64,000 nucleotides of DNA from an uncultured virus (IMG/VR IMGVR_UViG_2508501054_000004) (IMGVR_UViG_2508501054_000004); one strand, 5' to 3'. Counted from the first letter of the stretch, positions 1-9,978 are shown. A program made the numbers and translations. Notes: generated by a model not told the origin, from the sequence alone.

Positions 1-585
1 TTAGGTTTGTATGATGTGTGCGAATGTTAATGCTATTACTTTGTCTTCAAATTCAACGTGCATTTTTTCAATTGTAGTTATGCAATCTTTGTCGATACCC
101 AATACATCCCACGCTGGCCGACTTTTTTTTTGTCTGGAGTTAATCCATTGGCGATAAATCAATGTCTGCTCTTTTGAGTAGCTAATTTCACCACTTGAGT
201 TTTGTGTGAAAACTGGGTGTAATCGTTCCTGTTTGAAATTTGATATTTGCTCAAAAAGCGCTTCTGATACACGGAAAAAATACTCTGGATGTAGAATTTT
301 TTCTAAATGATTCATATCTAAGGCTTCGCTGTCGCGTAATTCATTGCTGGTGCTTCTCAGACTGCGCACAAAGTCGGTGATGGAAATGCCGAACTCGTTA
401 AGCGCCATGAATGTAAGAAGTAAAGCAACCTTTCCTACTATTGGATAGATTTCTGCGTAAGGATAACGTTCGAGTTCGAGTGCGTTGTTATGGGCTATCG
501 CATCTCTAGCTCCTTTTATGATTTTAAAATCACTTTCGGTTATGTTGATTATTTTAGTGATTTCAAGATCGGTTTTACTCATCAC
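1..585 (-). CDS. hypothetical protein, AT-rich cargo, directly downstream of the ApeA-like gene
   Basis: 194-aa complete ORF; low GC; 16 bp from upstream ORF. Confidence 0.7.
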   Translation of the reverse strand: MMSKTDLEITKIINITESDFKIIKGARDAIAHNNALELERYPYAEIYPIVGKVALLLTFMALNEFGISITDFVRSLRSTSNELRDSEALDMNHLEKILHPEYFFRVSEALFEQISNFKQERLHPVFTQNSSGEISYSKEQTLIYRQWINSRQKKSRPAWDVLGIDKDCITTIEKMHVEFEDKVIALTFAHIIQT

Positions 586-601
586 GTAATCATACTTTTC
601 C

Positions 602-1984
602 TTAAATGTTCTTTGTATCTGTTTGTCGGGTAGNNNNNNNNNNNNNNNNNNNNNNNNNNNNNNNNNNNNNNNNNNNNNNNNNNNNNNNNNNNNNNNNNNN
701 NNNNNNNNNNNNNNNNNNNNNNNNNNNNNNNNNNNNNNNNNNNNNNNNNNNNNNNNNNNNNNNNNNNNNNNNNNNNNNNNNNNNNNNNNNNNNNNNNNNN
801 NNNNNNNNNNNNNNNNNNNNNNNNNNNNNNNNNNNNNNNNNNNNNNNNNNNNNNNNNNNNNNNNNNNNNNNNNNNNNNNNNNNNNNNNNNNNNNNNNNNN
901 NNNNNNNNNNNNNNNNNNNNNNNNNNNNNNNNNNNNNNNNNNNNNNNNNNNNNNNNNNNNNNNNNNNNNNNNNNNNNNNNNNNNNNNNNNNNNNNNNNNN
1001 NNNNNNNNNNNNNNNNNNNNNNNNNNNNNNNNNNNGCACAGCGGCTCTTTCAGATTTTCTGTCTGTTTTTAACGGCGGAGCGTCGATGCGCGAGATAACA
1101 TCTGTGTATGAGTCTAATAAGGTCACATAGCCTAGCACTCGGTACTCCCAAAAGCCCTTGTACCTCCGCATTCCGGCAAGCCTAGCCCAGATAGTCTCTC
1201 GATATGGGGAGTTATAGTAGCGAGCAAGTAAGTCTGGCCAATGCGCGTCTAGCGTCTTGCGACGTATCAACGAGTACCGCCAAAATTGATTTTTCTGAAA
1301 TGTTCTTTTAGGTTTTTCGACTGCAGGGAAGTACGTAGGCATGTATTGCCGGTTTGCGTCAGCAACCCAAATGCGTGTTATAGATATAGGGTATGCTATC
1401 AATATGGACAAAAGGCTAGCGAGCTGGCTAGGCTTTTCCAAGATCTCTGAAAAAGCAAAGGGCTTATCGTCTTTGGTGAATGTGAAATGTACGTACTCGC
1501 GAATGACACGTTTTTCAGACTTGATTTGAACGGATGAATCTATATCGCTGTTTATATGGAAGCTGTCGAGCGGGGTTCTAACTGTGGCCTTTATTGGGGG
1601 CGGGGGATCCCTCCAAATAATACTTTCACCTGGTTTGCTGCAAACGTGCTGGTCGTACAAAAACCATTCGGATATATTCGAATATCTTACTGTTATGCTA
1701 TCAACGCCGCTGTCCACTTTGCCGCATACTATAATGTCGGCGTATATGGTGAAGTATTCAAGGGAGCAGTCTATAAGGGTAAAAATGTCTCCGCTTTCGG
1801 TTTTAGCAGTTAAGTTGCTTTCTTCGTCCAAGGCATGTATTGAAAAAAAGCCATCAATTTCTACTCTGACAAATGTCCCGGCTCCAAACTTAAGTATTCC
1901 TGAGCCAAGCAGCTCATTCTGATTGTCATACATTTCGACTGCGTATTCATAGTCTTTTGAAAAGCACAGCTCGTTGATCATCAT
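602..1984 (-). CDS. ApeA-like (ApeA N-terminal domain + probable HEPN) protein; C-terminal part in assembly gap
   Basis: N-terminal pattern (FTLIDC, VRYSNISEWF, LLSILIAYP) resembles ApeA-NTD/HEPN proteins; catalytic region would fall in the N gap 634-1035. Confidence 0.55.
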   Translation of the reverse strand: MMINELCFSKDYEYAVEMYDNQNELLGSGILKFGAGTFVRVEIDGFFSIHALDEESNLTAKTESGDIFTLIDCSLEYFTIYADIIVCGKVDSGVDSITVRYSNISEWFLYDQHVCSKPGESIIWRDPPPPIKATVRTPLDSFHINSDIDSSVQIKSEKRVIREYVHFTFTKDDKPFAFSEILEKPSQLASLLSILIAYPISITRIWVADANRQYMPTYFPAVEKPKRTFQKNQFWRYSLIRRKTLDAHWPDLLARYYNSPYRETIWARLAGMRRYKGFWEYRVLGYVTLLDSYTDVISRIDAPPLKTDRKSERAAVXXXXXXXXXXXXXXXXXXXXXXXXXXXXXXXXXXXXXXXXXXXXXXXXXXXXXXXXXXXXXXXXXXXXXXXXXXXXXXXXXXXXXXXXXXXXXXXXXXXXXXXXXXXXXXXXXXXXXXXXXXXXXXXXXXXXXXXTRQTDTKNI

Positions 1985-2049
1985 TACATCCTGTAGTCTG
2001 GTCGACGCTTAACGCGACCGTGACTATACTGGTATGCACGTACAATGTC

Positions 2050-2346
2050 TTATGGATACCTGCACCACCATGACTGGCCGTAGGCACAACCGTCGACATG
2101 CTCAATCCCACTGAGGACGAAGCCGTTCTGAGCCATCGTTGCCAGCGTGACGTCCAGCAATTCTGGAAGCCTCTGTTCTTCCTTCGGCATACCCACGTCG
2201 ATCCACGCGACGGTAGAGTGTCTGCCTAGATACTCGGAGTGAGTAGACCGGACTATTACGTTCCCCTGTATCGCCTCATAACGGCCCCGCTCTCGGCGTT
2301 CCAACGCCACCCCCTTGCGCCTCATTGGAATGACCAAGACCTGCAT
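2050..2346 (-). CDS. conserved Pseudomonas phage hypothetical protein
   Basis: 98-aa ORF from ATG 2346, ending FVLSGIEHVDGCAYGQSWWCR, a motif typical of small prophage-end genes. Confidence 0.6.
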   Translation of the reverse strand: MQVLVIPMRRKGVALERRERGRYEAIQGNVIVRSTHSEYLGRHSTVAWIDVGMPKEEQRLPELLDVTLATMAQNGFVLSGIEHVDGCAYGQSWWCRYP

Positions 2347-3343
2347 CAGGCGGCACTNNNNNNNNNNNNNNNNNNNNNNNNNNNNNNNNNNNNNNNNNNN
2401 NNNNNNNNNNNNNNNNNNNNNNNNNNNNNNNNNNNNNNNNNNNNNNNNNNNNNNNNNNNNNNNNNNNNNNNNNNNNNNNNNNNNNNNNNNNNNNNNNNNN
2501 NNNNNNNNNNNNNNNNNNNNNNNNNNNNNNNNNNNNNNNNNNNNNNNNNNNNNNNNNNNNNNNNNNNNNNNNNNNNNNNNNNNNNNNNNNNNNNNNNNNN
2601 NNNNNNNNNNNNNNNNNNNNNNNNNNNNNNNNNNNNNNNNNNNNNNNNNNNNNNNNNNNNNNNNNNNNNNNNNNNNNNNNNNNNNNNNNNNNNNNNNNNN
2701 NNNNNNNNNNNNNNNNNNNNNNNNNNNNNNNNNNNNNNNNNNNNNNNNNNNNNNNNNNNNNNNNNNNNNNNNNNNNNNNNNNNNNNNNNNNNNNNNNNNN
2801 NNNNNNNNNNNNNNNNNNNNNNNNNNNNNNNNNNNNNNNNNNNNNNNNNNNNNNNNNNNNNNNNNNNNNNNNNNNNNNNNNNGNNNNNGGCTTTGTGTCC
2901 GATTTTTGTGCAAACCCAGATGCGATGAAAGCCATGCTCCGGCACATGCCACCCGTGGGGTTGTGTAGGGGGGCGGCAATTGCACAATATGCAAGCTTGT
3001 GCAGAAAAATGTCAGCGCCTTGCGCAGCAGGCACCAGGTCCTCCTGAGGGGCTACCTTGGCGCCAAAAGCCTAGCCCGCTTGGGCGAAAAGATGGAAAAT
3101 GGTTGGTGAGCCGAGATTTCTAAATCTGTGCTGATCTATTGGGTGAATCCCTATTGGGTGGGGCCAGCATGAATGCAAGCTGATCAACCCCCGTTTCTCG
3201 TGGCCTGCGGCCTATTCCAAAGTAAAAAGAGATTTGCGCAGAACTGCACCGGTCGTGATCTCTACTGACGATGTTGGTATTAGCCTAAACTGTCTGGCCG
3301 ATAAAATGCAGGCGTACCAACCAGACCTACGAGTTATACGCAG

Positions 3344-3553
3344 CTAGAGTACTGAGCGTCCTAGTGCCTTGGCGGCAGATGCACGAACCTCAGTCGGATA
3401 GGCAGAGCTTTTCATCACGTCGTTCAGGGCGTCTCTTGCAGAGACAAAACCGGTAAAACCTAAGCCTTCTGCCGCACCAGCTCGCACCTCGTTAGGATAT
3501 GCAGAACTCTTCATGGTACTGATCAATGACTCCACAACTTTGTTATTGTCCAT
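3344..3553 (-). CDS. small two-repeat HEAT-like protein
   Basis: internal repeat MKSSAYPNEVRAGAAEGLG / MKSSAYPTEVRASAAKALG; GGGAG RBS. Confidence 0.65.
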   Translation of the reverse strand: MDNNKVVESLISTMKSSAYPNEVRAGAAEGLGFTGFVSARDALNDVMKSSAYPTEVRASAAKALGRSVL

Positions 3554-3588
3554 AACAACTCCCTCTGGCGATAATTATTCAAGTGCGT

Positions 3589-3921
3589 TTATGCACAATT
3601 TTCTTCTACTCTATGGGAAACGACTTTGGACATTCCAATGCCCAAAGCTTGAAGCACCTTGAGAATTGTAGATAGCTTGGGATCCCCACCCACGGCAATA
3701 GATCGATAGAGGCTACCTCTTGCTAATCCAGTGTTCTGAGAAAGATTGACCATGCCACCTCTCGCTTCGATCAATCGACGGATGGCTACAAGAAACGCAT
3801 CCTCCCCACCGATCTCGTCAATTTCCTCCAGCGCTACAGATAGGTATTCGATGGCAAATGCTTCGTCATCACGAAGCATCGCGAGAACGCTTTCATCATG
3901 AGAACGAGTAAGAGTTGTCAT
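3589..3921 (-). CDS. addiction module antidote protein (HigA-like, HI1420 type HTH)
   Basis: EYLSVALEE...ARGGMVNLSQNTGLARGSLYRS...GDPKLSTILKVLQALG; overlaps toxin stop (ATGA). Confidence 0.85.
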   Translation of the reverse strand: MTTLTRSHDESVLAMLRDDEAFAIEYLSVALEEIDEIGGEDAFLVAIRRLIEARGGMVNLSQNTGLARGSLYRSIAVGGDPKLSTILKVLQALGIGMSKVVSHRVEENCA

Positions 3922-4226
3922 TTCTTTTTCACCTTTTGCGACTTCCAGAGTGCCTTAGCTTGATCAATGTCATTTTGTTGCCTGTCCTTTGCGCCACCGC
4001 CCAATAGGAAAAGAACTTCCTGACCTTCAATCACGTAATACACACGAAACCCGGGACCGAAATCCAGCTTCATCTCAAAGACCTCGTCGCCAACCGGCTT
4101 GGTTTTCCCGAAATGGCCGAGGGCGGCTCGGTCAACTCTAGTGGTGATTCTCGCCTTGGATCGTGTCAAGCCAAGCTTGGTAGATATCCACTCCGTTGGC
4201 AGACGTACGTGTTTCACTTCGTACAA
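3918..4226 (-). CDS. RelE/HigB-family addiction module toxin (HI1419 type), N-terminus possibly scrambled
   Basis: KARITTRVDRAALGHFGKTKPVGDEVFEMKLDFGPGFRVYY...LLGGG.KDRQQNDIDQAK; TTG start 4226. Confidence 0.8.
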   Translation of the reverse strand: MYEVKHVRLPTEWISTKLGLTRSKARITTRVDRAALGHFGKTKPVGDEVFEMKLDFGPGFRVYYVIEGQEVLFLLGGGAKDRQQNDIDQAKALWKSQKVKKK

Positions 4227-5684
4227 GGCAAAATGTACCCTAGAAGAGACACTGCGGTGATTGAATCTTTCAATCGGCAGCACGGTCATTGATCAAAAAT
4301 GAGTCGAACACCTCGGCGCGATGGCAAGGTGATATGAGAGGAGTGTATCGCGTACTCATAGGCATAGGGAGAGACCAAAGCGCTCAGGCAAACTTGAGAT
4401 CCCTAAGGTTTAGTATGGGTATCTTTCGGACAGCCCAGCGAAACGTTGCTTATGGGTATCTGCAGCGCTTCGTCCGAAGCGCCTCTCCCCCGGGCGACTT
4501 CGCTTTTCTAGATGAAATGTGACTGATATGCGGGAATTCGTTCTGATTAACGTCGTGGGGTCGAAAAATAGCGATATGAGCGATACGCATATTGAATCTA
4601 GGCTGGAGGCCACGGTTTTACTGGGCTCTGCGTATTACATCGGAAGGTAATATGAAGCGATATGAAAGGTAATATTTTCCTGAAACCCCCGGATTCATTG
4701 GGTTTTAGGAAATGAAAATATAGCTTTAGTAAAAGGTAATAATATCGCTTTCGTATCGATTNNNNNNNNNNNNNNNNNNNNNNNNNNNNNNNNNNNNNNN
4801 NNNNNNNNNNNNNNNNNNNNNNNNNNNNNNNNNNNNNNNNNNNNNNNNNNNNNNNNNNNNNNNNNNNNNNNNNNNNNNNNNNNNNNNNNNNNNNNNNNNN
4901 NNNNNNNNNNNNNNNNNNNNNNNNNNNNNNNNNNNNNNNNNNNNNNNNNNNNNNNNNNNNNNNNNNNNNNNNNNNNNNNNNNNNNNNNNNNNNNNNNNNN
5001 NNNNNNNNNNNNNNNNNNNNNNNNNNNNNNNNNNNNNNNNNNNNNNNNNNNNNNNNNNNNNNNNNNNNNNNNNNNNNNNNNNNNNNNNNNNNNNNNNNNN
5101 NNNNNNNNNNNNNNNNNNNNNNNNNNNNNNNNNNNNNNNNNNNNNNNNNNNNNNNNNNNNNNNNNNNNNNNNNNNNNNNNNNNNNNNNNNNNNNNNNNNN
5201 NNNNNNNNNNNNNNNNNNNNNNNNNNNNNNNNNNNNNNNNNNNNNNNNNNNNNNNNNNNNNNNNNNNNNNNNNNNNNNNNNNNNNNNNNNNNNNNNNNNN
5301 NNNNNNNNNNNNNNNNNNNNNNNNNNNNNNNNNNNNNNNNNNNNNNNNNNNNNNNNNNNNNNNNNNNNNNNNNNNNNNNNNNNNNNNNNNNNNNNNNNNN
5401 NNNNNNNNNNNNNNNNNNNNNNNNNNNNNNNNNNNNNNNNNNNNNNNNNNNNNNNNNNNNNNNNNNNNNNNNNNNNNNNNNNNNNNNTGGTTTTTTTGTA
5501 CGCGAATATGATTTTAAAGCATAGATAATCCGAGGGGCTTCCGGCCTATTGTACGCCCGACAGGAGTCCTCGTGAGGGCGATTATGCTCACGATTCTTTC
5601 GGAGCTACCGATATCCTTATAGATGCCGATTACCAGCTCTCGTACTGGGAAACGATACCGAACGTCGATCTTTCATGGTAATTA

Positions 5685-5704
5685 TACTGTTTTTATGTAC
5701 AGTA
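5685..5704. promoter_or_regulatory. LexA (SOS) box
   Basis: TACTGTTTTTATGTACAGTA = CTG-N10-CAG with TA flanks. Confidence 0.7.
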
Positions 5705-5834
5705 CTCGGAGTGGCGCATTCCCTTGACTGCTCATCTGAACCCGCGGATCAAAAGCTTGACTAATCTACATAGAAGCTGATAATCCGCATCCAAACGAAA
5801 CAATGCCCCAAGGACTGGGGGAGCGAGGTACACC

Positions 5835-6395
5835 GTGGTGCTTAACGATCAAAAGGTAGCCCAAATGGCGGCTTTCTTTTTGTGCCGCCGAGGTGGGACG
5901 ATGTCATATCTGAAGCTGATGAAGCTTCTCTATCTTTCCGACCGCGAAGCTATTGATCGCTTCAATCGACCAATCTCTGATGACAGCATGGTCTCCATGG
6001 AGCATGGGCCTGTGCTTTCACGCACGCTTGATCTCATGAAACAGAAAATTCCGAGCGATGGCTGGAATCATTGGGTGACGTCCCCTACTCACACATACGA
6101 TGTGAGCCTGAAATGCGGCGTCACTGATTGGGAAGAGCTTGATGAGCTTTCAAGAGCTGATTTGGACGTTCTCGAGTCTGTGTGGAAAAAATTTGGACAT
6201 ATGGATCGTTACCAGCTCAGAGATTACACTCATGATTGCCTTCCTGAGTGGGAGAATCCGGGCCGATCCTCTAGGCCTATCGATCCTGCTTCCCTTCTGC
6301 AGGCATTGGGAAGAGGTGCAGAGGTAACGAGCGAACAGGCGCGTGAGCTTCAAGAGCGCAAAAAGCTTCGGCTCAAGGTACTTCAGTTGGTGTGA
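5835..6395 (+). CDS. Panacea (DUF4065/SocA-like) antitoxin
   Basis: LKLMKLLYLSDRE...PISDDSMVSMEHGPV...YQLRDYTH...PEW signature. Confidence 0.85.
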   Translation: MVLNDQKVAQMAAFFLCRRGGTMSYLKLMKLLYLSDREAIDRFNRPISDDSMVSMEHGPVLSRTLDLMKQKIPSDGWNHWVTSPTHTYDVSLKCGVTDWEELDELSRADLDVLESVWKKFGHMDRYQLRDYTHDCLPEWENPGRSSRPIDPASLLQALGRGAEVTSEQARELQERKKLRLKVLQLV

Positions 6396-6794
6396 ATGAC
6401 AGGGAATGCTTTTAGGAAAGGGACGCTTCTGATTCTCACGGGGCCTGTACCACACTTCCATATTGTAATGAATGACCCCGTTTTCTCTGGTGAGCACGGG
6501 AAAAATTGTGTTCTGGTAGTTAATATTTCAAGCGTAAAGCCGAATATTTACCACGATCCTACGTGCGTGCTCGATGTCGGCTGTCATGACTTCGTCAAAA
6601 GACCTAGCTGGGTTGTGTATGAAGGCGCAACGGTTATGGATGTTGCCCGCATTGATTCTCAAATATTGACGCGTGACATCAGCACGGACGACCCAGTGAC
6701 GGAGGCCGTGTTCGCCCTAGTGCGTATGGGGTTTGATGGTTCGCCACAAGTAAAGCCAAAAATACGCCGATTCCTCAGGATCCATGAGATCTAA
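6396..6794 (+). CDS. putative toxin partner of the Panacea antitoxin (PemK/MazF-like fold suspected)
   Basis: directly abuts antitoxin; HFHIVMNDP...VVNISS...GCHDFVKRPSWVVY pattern. Confidence 0.55.
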   Translation: MTGNAFRKGTLLILTGPVPHFHIVMNDPVFSGEHGKNCVLVVNISSVKPNIYHDPTCVLDVGCHDFVKRPSWVVYEGATVMDVARIDSQILTRDISTDDPVTEAVFALVRMGFDGSPQVKPKIRRFLRIHEI

Positions 6795-7939
6795 TCTGCA
6801 GATGGATTGACGGTTGGCACGCTCAGGTCGTACACATCCATCATAGACTCATCCTTGTGGCCTGAGGCCTGCTGCTTATCTGCCCTGGTCCCAGCCGTAT
6901 CGGTGATCCCCTTCCGTTTGAAGTCGTGCATTCCAAATCGCTGAGCCTCTGTGAGGACGCTTTTGTCGATGGCCTGAACTATCAGCCGCTGGAATGCGGT
7001 GTCGAGCCCCGACTTGGATAGCTGCCCGCCGCTGGCTGAAACGATCAGGAAGCGCTGATCTGCCCGGAAAGGAACCGGCTTCTTTAGTCTTTGCCACGTC
7101 TCTGTTCTGACGGCCTTCGCTGCATCCCAGGCCGCACGCAGACGCGGTGTCCACCTCACAATGTTGTCCCGGCTGCCTTTCCGGCGGTTGGTCAGCACAC
7201 CTTCATCCAGCTCGTTCTCGTCGGTCAATGTGATCGTCTCAATACCGCGCAAGCGACACAGATACCCGATTTCCATCACATACCAAAGGTATGGCGAGCA
7301 CGCGCCTTTCTCGCCGCGCTTGAGCTGTCCCTGCTGGTGAGCAAACTTGATAAGGTCGACCATCACTGTTGAATCTGGCAGACGGCGTTGTTTGCGTTCT
7401 TTGGGCGCCTCAATGCCTTTGGCCGGGTTGTCGGTCACAAACCCACGATTTCGCCCCCACTGCATCAGACGGCGCAGGTAGCGCAGCGCATGTGCGGCTT
7501 TCGATGGTGTACCAGCTTCGGCGATCTTGTCGATGATCCGCTGGACCATTGCCGGGGTAAACTTCTTCACATCGAGTTCGCCCAGGGGTTTATCCAGTTT
7601 TGTGGGGTAGGCCACCAGGACTTCCCGCGAGTAGCAGTAGTCGTCTTGAGTCTTCTTTGAAAGTTCCTTGAACTGCTGGCTCCTGTGAAACTCATCGCAT
7701 AGGTATTGGAGGCTATCGCGATCCACGCCGCTACGCTCTTCTACGAGGCGATGAAGTTCTGAGAGTGTGACGTTTGCTGCGCACAAATTAGCGCGCTGGC
7801 GTCGACCTGCCTCATTGAAGTACAGCGTGTACCAGCGGCCCGAGCCCCGGTGATCGAAATAGACATCGCGGGGAATCGCAGTCTGATCAATGTACTGTGG
7901 GATGTTCGGGTTGTGCTGGCGCTTCCTTCCTCGCTTCAT
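6791..7939 (-). CDS. int: tyrosine recombinase / phage integrase
   Basis: CRLRGIE, HDFKRKG, SGH...DVY catalytic motifs; homologous to 52195-53343. Confidence 0.92.
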   Translation of the reverse strand: MKRGRKRQHNPNIPQYIDQTAIPRDVYFDHRGSGRWYTLYFNEAGRRQRANLCAANVTLSELHRLVEERSGVDRDSLQYLCDEFHRSQQFKELSKKTQDDYCYSREVLVAYPTKLDKPLGELDVKKFTPAMVQRIIDKIAEAGTPSKAAHALRYLRRLMQWGRNRGFVTDNPAKGIEAPKERKQRRLPDSTVMVDLIKFAHQQGQLKRGEKGACSPYLWYVMEIGYLCRLRGIETITLTDENELDEGVLTNRRKGSRDNIVRWTPRLRAAWDAAKAVRTETWQRLKKPVPFRADQRFLIVSASGGQLSKSGLDTAFQRLIVQAIDKSVLTEAQRFGMHDFKRKGITDTAGTRADKQQASGHKDESMMDVYDLSVPTVNPSAD

Positions 7940-8142
7940 ACGATATCCGCGTCATACTTTTCTTGATCAATTGGCTTGAGCCCACCTGCTTGGTTCACTA
8001 AGTCAACAGTGGTCCAAGGCCCCTTCCTTCCGAGGAATATTCTGATTCCTTCGCCGCGTAACGCCTTCTCAACGTCTGCTCGACGCGTATAGCCGGTGAT
8101 CCGTTGCAGTTCTTCAAATTCAATCACTTTGGCGACGCTCAT
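7936..8142 (-). CDS. DUF4224-like putative excisionase
   Basis: ELQRITGYTRRADVEKAL; coupled upstream of integrase; paralogue at 53340-53552. Confidence 0.75.
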   Translation of the reverse strand: MSVAKVIEFEELQRITGYTRRADVEKALRGEGIRIFLGRKGPWTTVDLVNQAGGLKPIDQEKYDADIV

Positions 8143-8408
8143 ACCGTTGCGCCTCTTATTCTTTGAAAGAAAAAGTCTTGCCGAAGTTGTTTAATCAACG
8201 CTTCGACTTCATTTCTGGTGTGGGGAAGACATGAAATAACACTCAAGTCGAGATTCATCGAGCTTATATTTTTTAACGTTACGCCTGCCGGTTGTCCTGT
8301 CCGGAACGACCTGCACAGTGCTCGTTTGATTGCTCTCTCAACGAATACGGTGAGGAGCTGAAAGCCGACGATCATGCCGGTCAGAATGATGATGTGCTGT
8401 GCTTGCAT
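8139..8408 (-). CDS. hypothetical protein with N-terminal hydrophobic helix
   Basis: 89-aa ORF coupled to the xis-like gene. Confidence 0.5.
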   Translation of the reverse strand: MQAQHIIILTGMIVGFQLLTVFVERAIKRALCRSFRTGQPAGVTLKNISSMNLDLSVISCLPHTRNEVEALIKQLRQDFFFQRIRGATV

Positions 8409-8482
8409 GTGCTGTGTCCTTGGGTAAGCCCGTCGCCGGATCGGTGGTGAGAGGGCGGCGGCGGGCCGAAGCGTGGTGAGGG

Positions 8483-9292
8483 TTAAGCCAGGGTGAAATT
8501 GCCGATGGTCAGGTCAGTTGACTCGCCGACTTCCTGCGCTACGACCTGCTTGAACTCTTGGGCAAGGTCTTCGCGCAATTGCGCCTCGCCGATCCAGCGC
8601 AGTCGGAGCACAGGCTGATCACCACCGGTGAGCACAGCGACGCGTAGCTGAATGGTCCGAGCCTGCAAACCTTCATAGGGAATGACGCTGAACAGCAGCT
8701 CGGCAGGAAGGCCATCTGCCGACTTGGCTTCGATCTGCTCCATCGCCGAACGAGAGGCGCTCATGTCGCCGACGACGTGTTCGCTTTTGCGGGCCTGTTC
8801 AATGGTGATGGAGCGAATCGCCCCGGCAGCTCGGCGCACTTCAATCTGCGTTCCGTCCTGAGTCAGCGCCTGAAGGTTCGGTGCCCAGTCTTCAATGAAG
8901 TCGCTCAGCTCTTTTTGAGCGTGTTTGGACCCGGCTGCGCGCTCCAGAGCGACAAAAGCAGCAGTCTTCTTCAGGGTGAGCCTGGCCCGGAAGTCCCCAT
9001 GGCCTGGATTGTCCTGATCGCCGAGGTTGAAGAAGACGGTGCATGTCATGTCATCACTGTCCACGAAGCCTGATGTGCTGCCGTCGGCCTGGGCTTGCAC
9101 GTACTCACTGAAATCTTTGAGTGAGGACGTCTCAAGCGACCCTCGGAATCGGCTGCGGGTCTGTTGAAACTTCTCCAGACTGACCACCGTTACGGTCTCG
9201 GGGAGGGCTATCGATGGGGTGAAGGTGTCCAGCGCCTTGGCGTTTGCGAGTACGGCGGTGTCCTGGATCAACTGGATTGCTTTGGCTTCCAT
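8483..9292 (-). CDS. DUF2303 (YfdQ-like) phage protein
   Basis: RFRGSLETSSLKDF...FNLGD..NPGHGD...QKELSDFIEDW. Confidence 0.85.
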   Translation of the reverse strand: MEAKAIQLIQDTAVLANAKALDTFTPSIALPETVTVVSLEKFQQTRSRFRGSLETSSLKDFSEYVQAQADGSTSGFVDSDDMTCTVFFNLGDQDNPGHGDFRARLTLKKTAAFVALERAAGSKHAQKELSDFIEDWAPNLQALTQDGTQIEVRRAAGAIRSITIEQARKSEHVVGDMSASRSAMEQIEAKSADGLPAELLFSVIPYEGLQARTIQLRVAVLTGGDQPVLRLRWIGEAQLREDLAQEFKQVVAQEVGESTDLTIGNFTLA

Positions 9293-9335
9293 GAATCATT
9301 TCCTGCTGTGGTGAGAGGTATGGAAAAACGGTGTG

Positions 9336-9686
9336 TTACGACCTGCTTGGGATAGGGGCGGCTTTGCGATCAAACATCTGGTCTGCCGCAGGCGTTTCTG
9401 GAAACAGCGTCAGACGACCGCCTTCGCCTACATACATCGGCGTATCGAGTGTGGTGTCCTCGGTACGACTGCCGCGCTTGGTGGGTACTTTGTAGGCCAG
9501 CTTGTGGTTGACCGTTATCTGGTGGCTGTCGGCAATTTGCTTGAGCGAAAACGTTAGTGTCACAGTGCCGACTTTTTTGTTGTCGACCACGCCTGCAGCT
9601 ACCTCGGAGAGCGCGTGACCGATCTGGTCGGCAAAGACGCCTGCGTTGAGTTCGCCGATGAACTCGGCTGTGTCCGTGGGTTTCAT
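9336..9686 (-). CDS. YfdP-like phage protein
   Basis: FIGELNAGVF...HKLAYKVPTKRG...TPMYVGEGGRLTLF; usual partner of DUF2303. Confidence 0.75.
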   Translation of the reverse strand: MKPTDTAEFIGELNAGVFADQIGHALSEVAAGVVDNKKVGTVTLTFSLKQIADSHQITVNHKLAYKVPTKRGSRTEDTTLDTPMYVGEGGRLTLFPETPAADQMFDRKAAPIPSRS

Positions 9687-9735
9687 GTCCGGTGCCTCTG
9701 GTTGATGTCACTGGGAGGCAGTGACCACCTTTGAA

Positions 9736-9978
9736 TCAGGCCGCTTCCGACTTGGCTTGTGCATCGAGGTAAGCAGCGAGATCGTGCAGGTACACCACCG
9801 GCTGGCCCTTGTTCGATCCACCCAGCCGGGTCACCTTGAGGTTGATGCGGCCTGCGTTGATCTTGCGGAGCAGGTAGCGATCACTCGATATGTGCGAGAA
9901 ATACCGTTCCCGCACAGTGCCCAGTGTGGGGCAGGGCGTGGCGAACTCTTCCCGGAGCTGACTTAACGTCTCACTCAC
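9736..9978 (-). CDS. pyocin activator PrtN-family protein
   Basis: VRERYFSHIS...RKINAGRINL...VYLHDLAAYLD; GTG start coupled to upstream stop. Confidence 0.8.
   Translation of the reverse strand: MSETLSQLREEFATPCPTLGTVRERYFSHISSDRYLLRKINAGRINLKVTRLGGSNKGQPVVYLHDLAAYLDAQAKSEAA

Noticed and set aside
2027..2046. possible LexA box TACTGGTATGCACGTACAAT
   Set aside because: Does not fit CTG-N10-CAG; at best a decayed site
3035..3056. AGGTCCTCCTGAGGGG resembling the cosQ region at 22270
   Set aside because: No cosN-like 12-mer or CGCG at the right spacing, and no adjacent terminase
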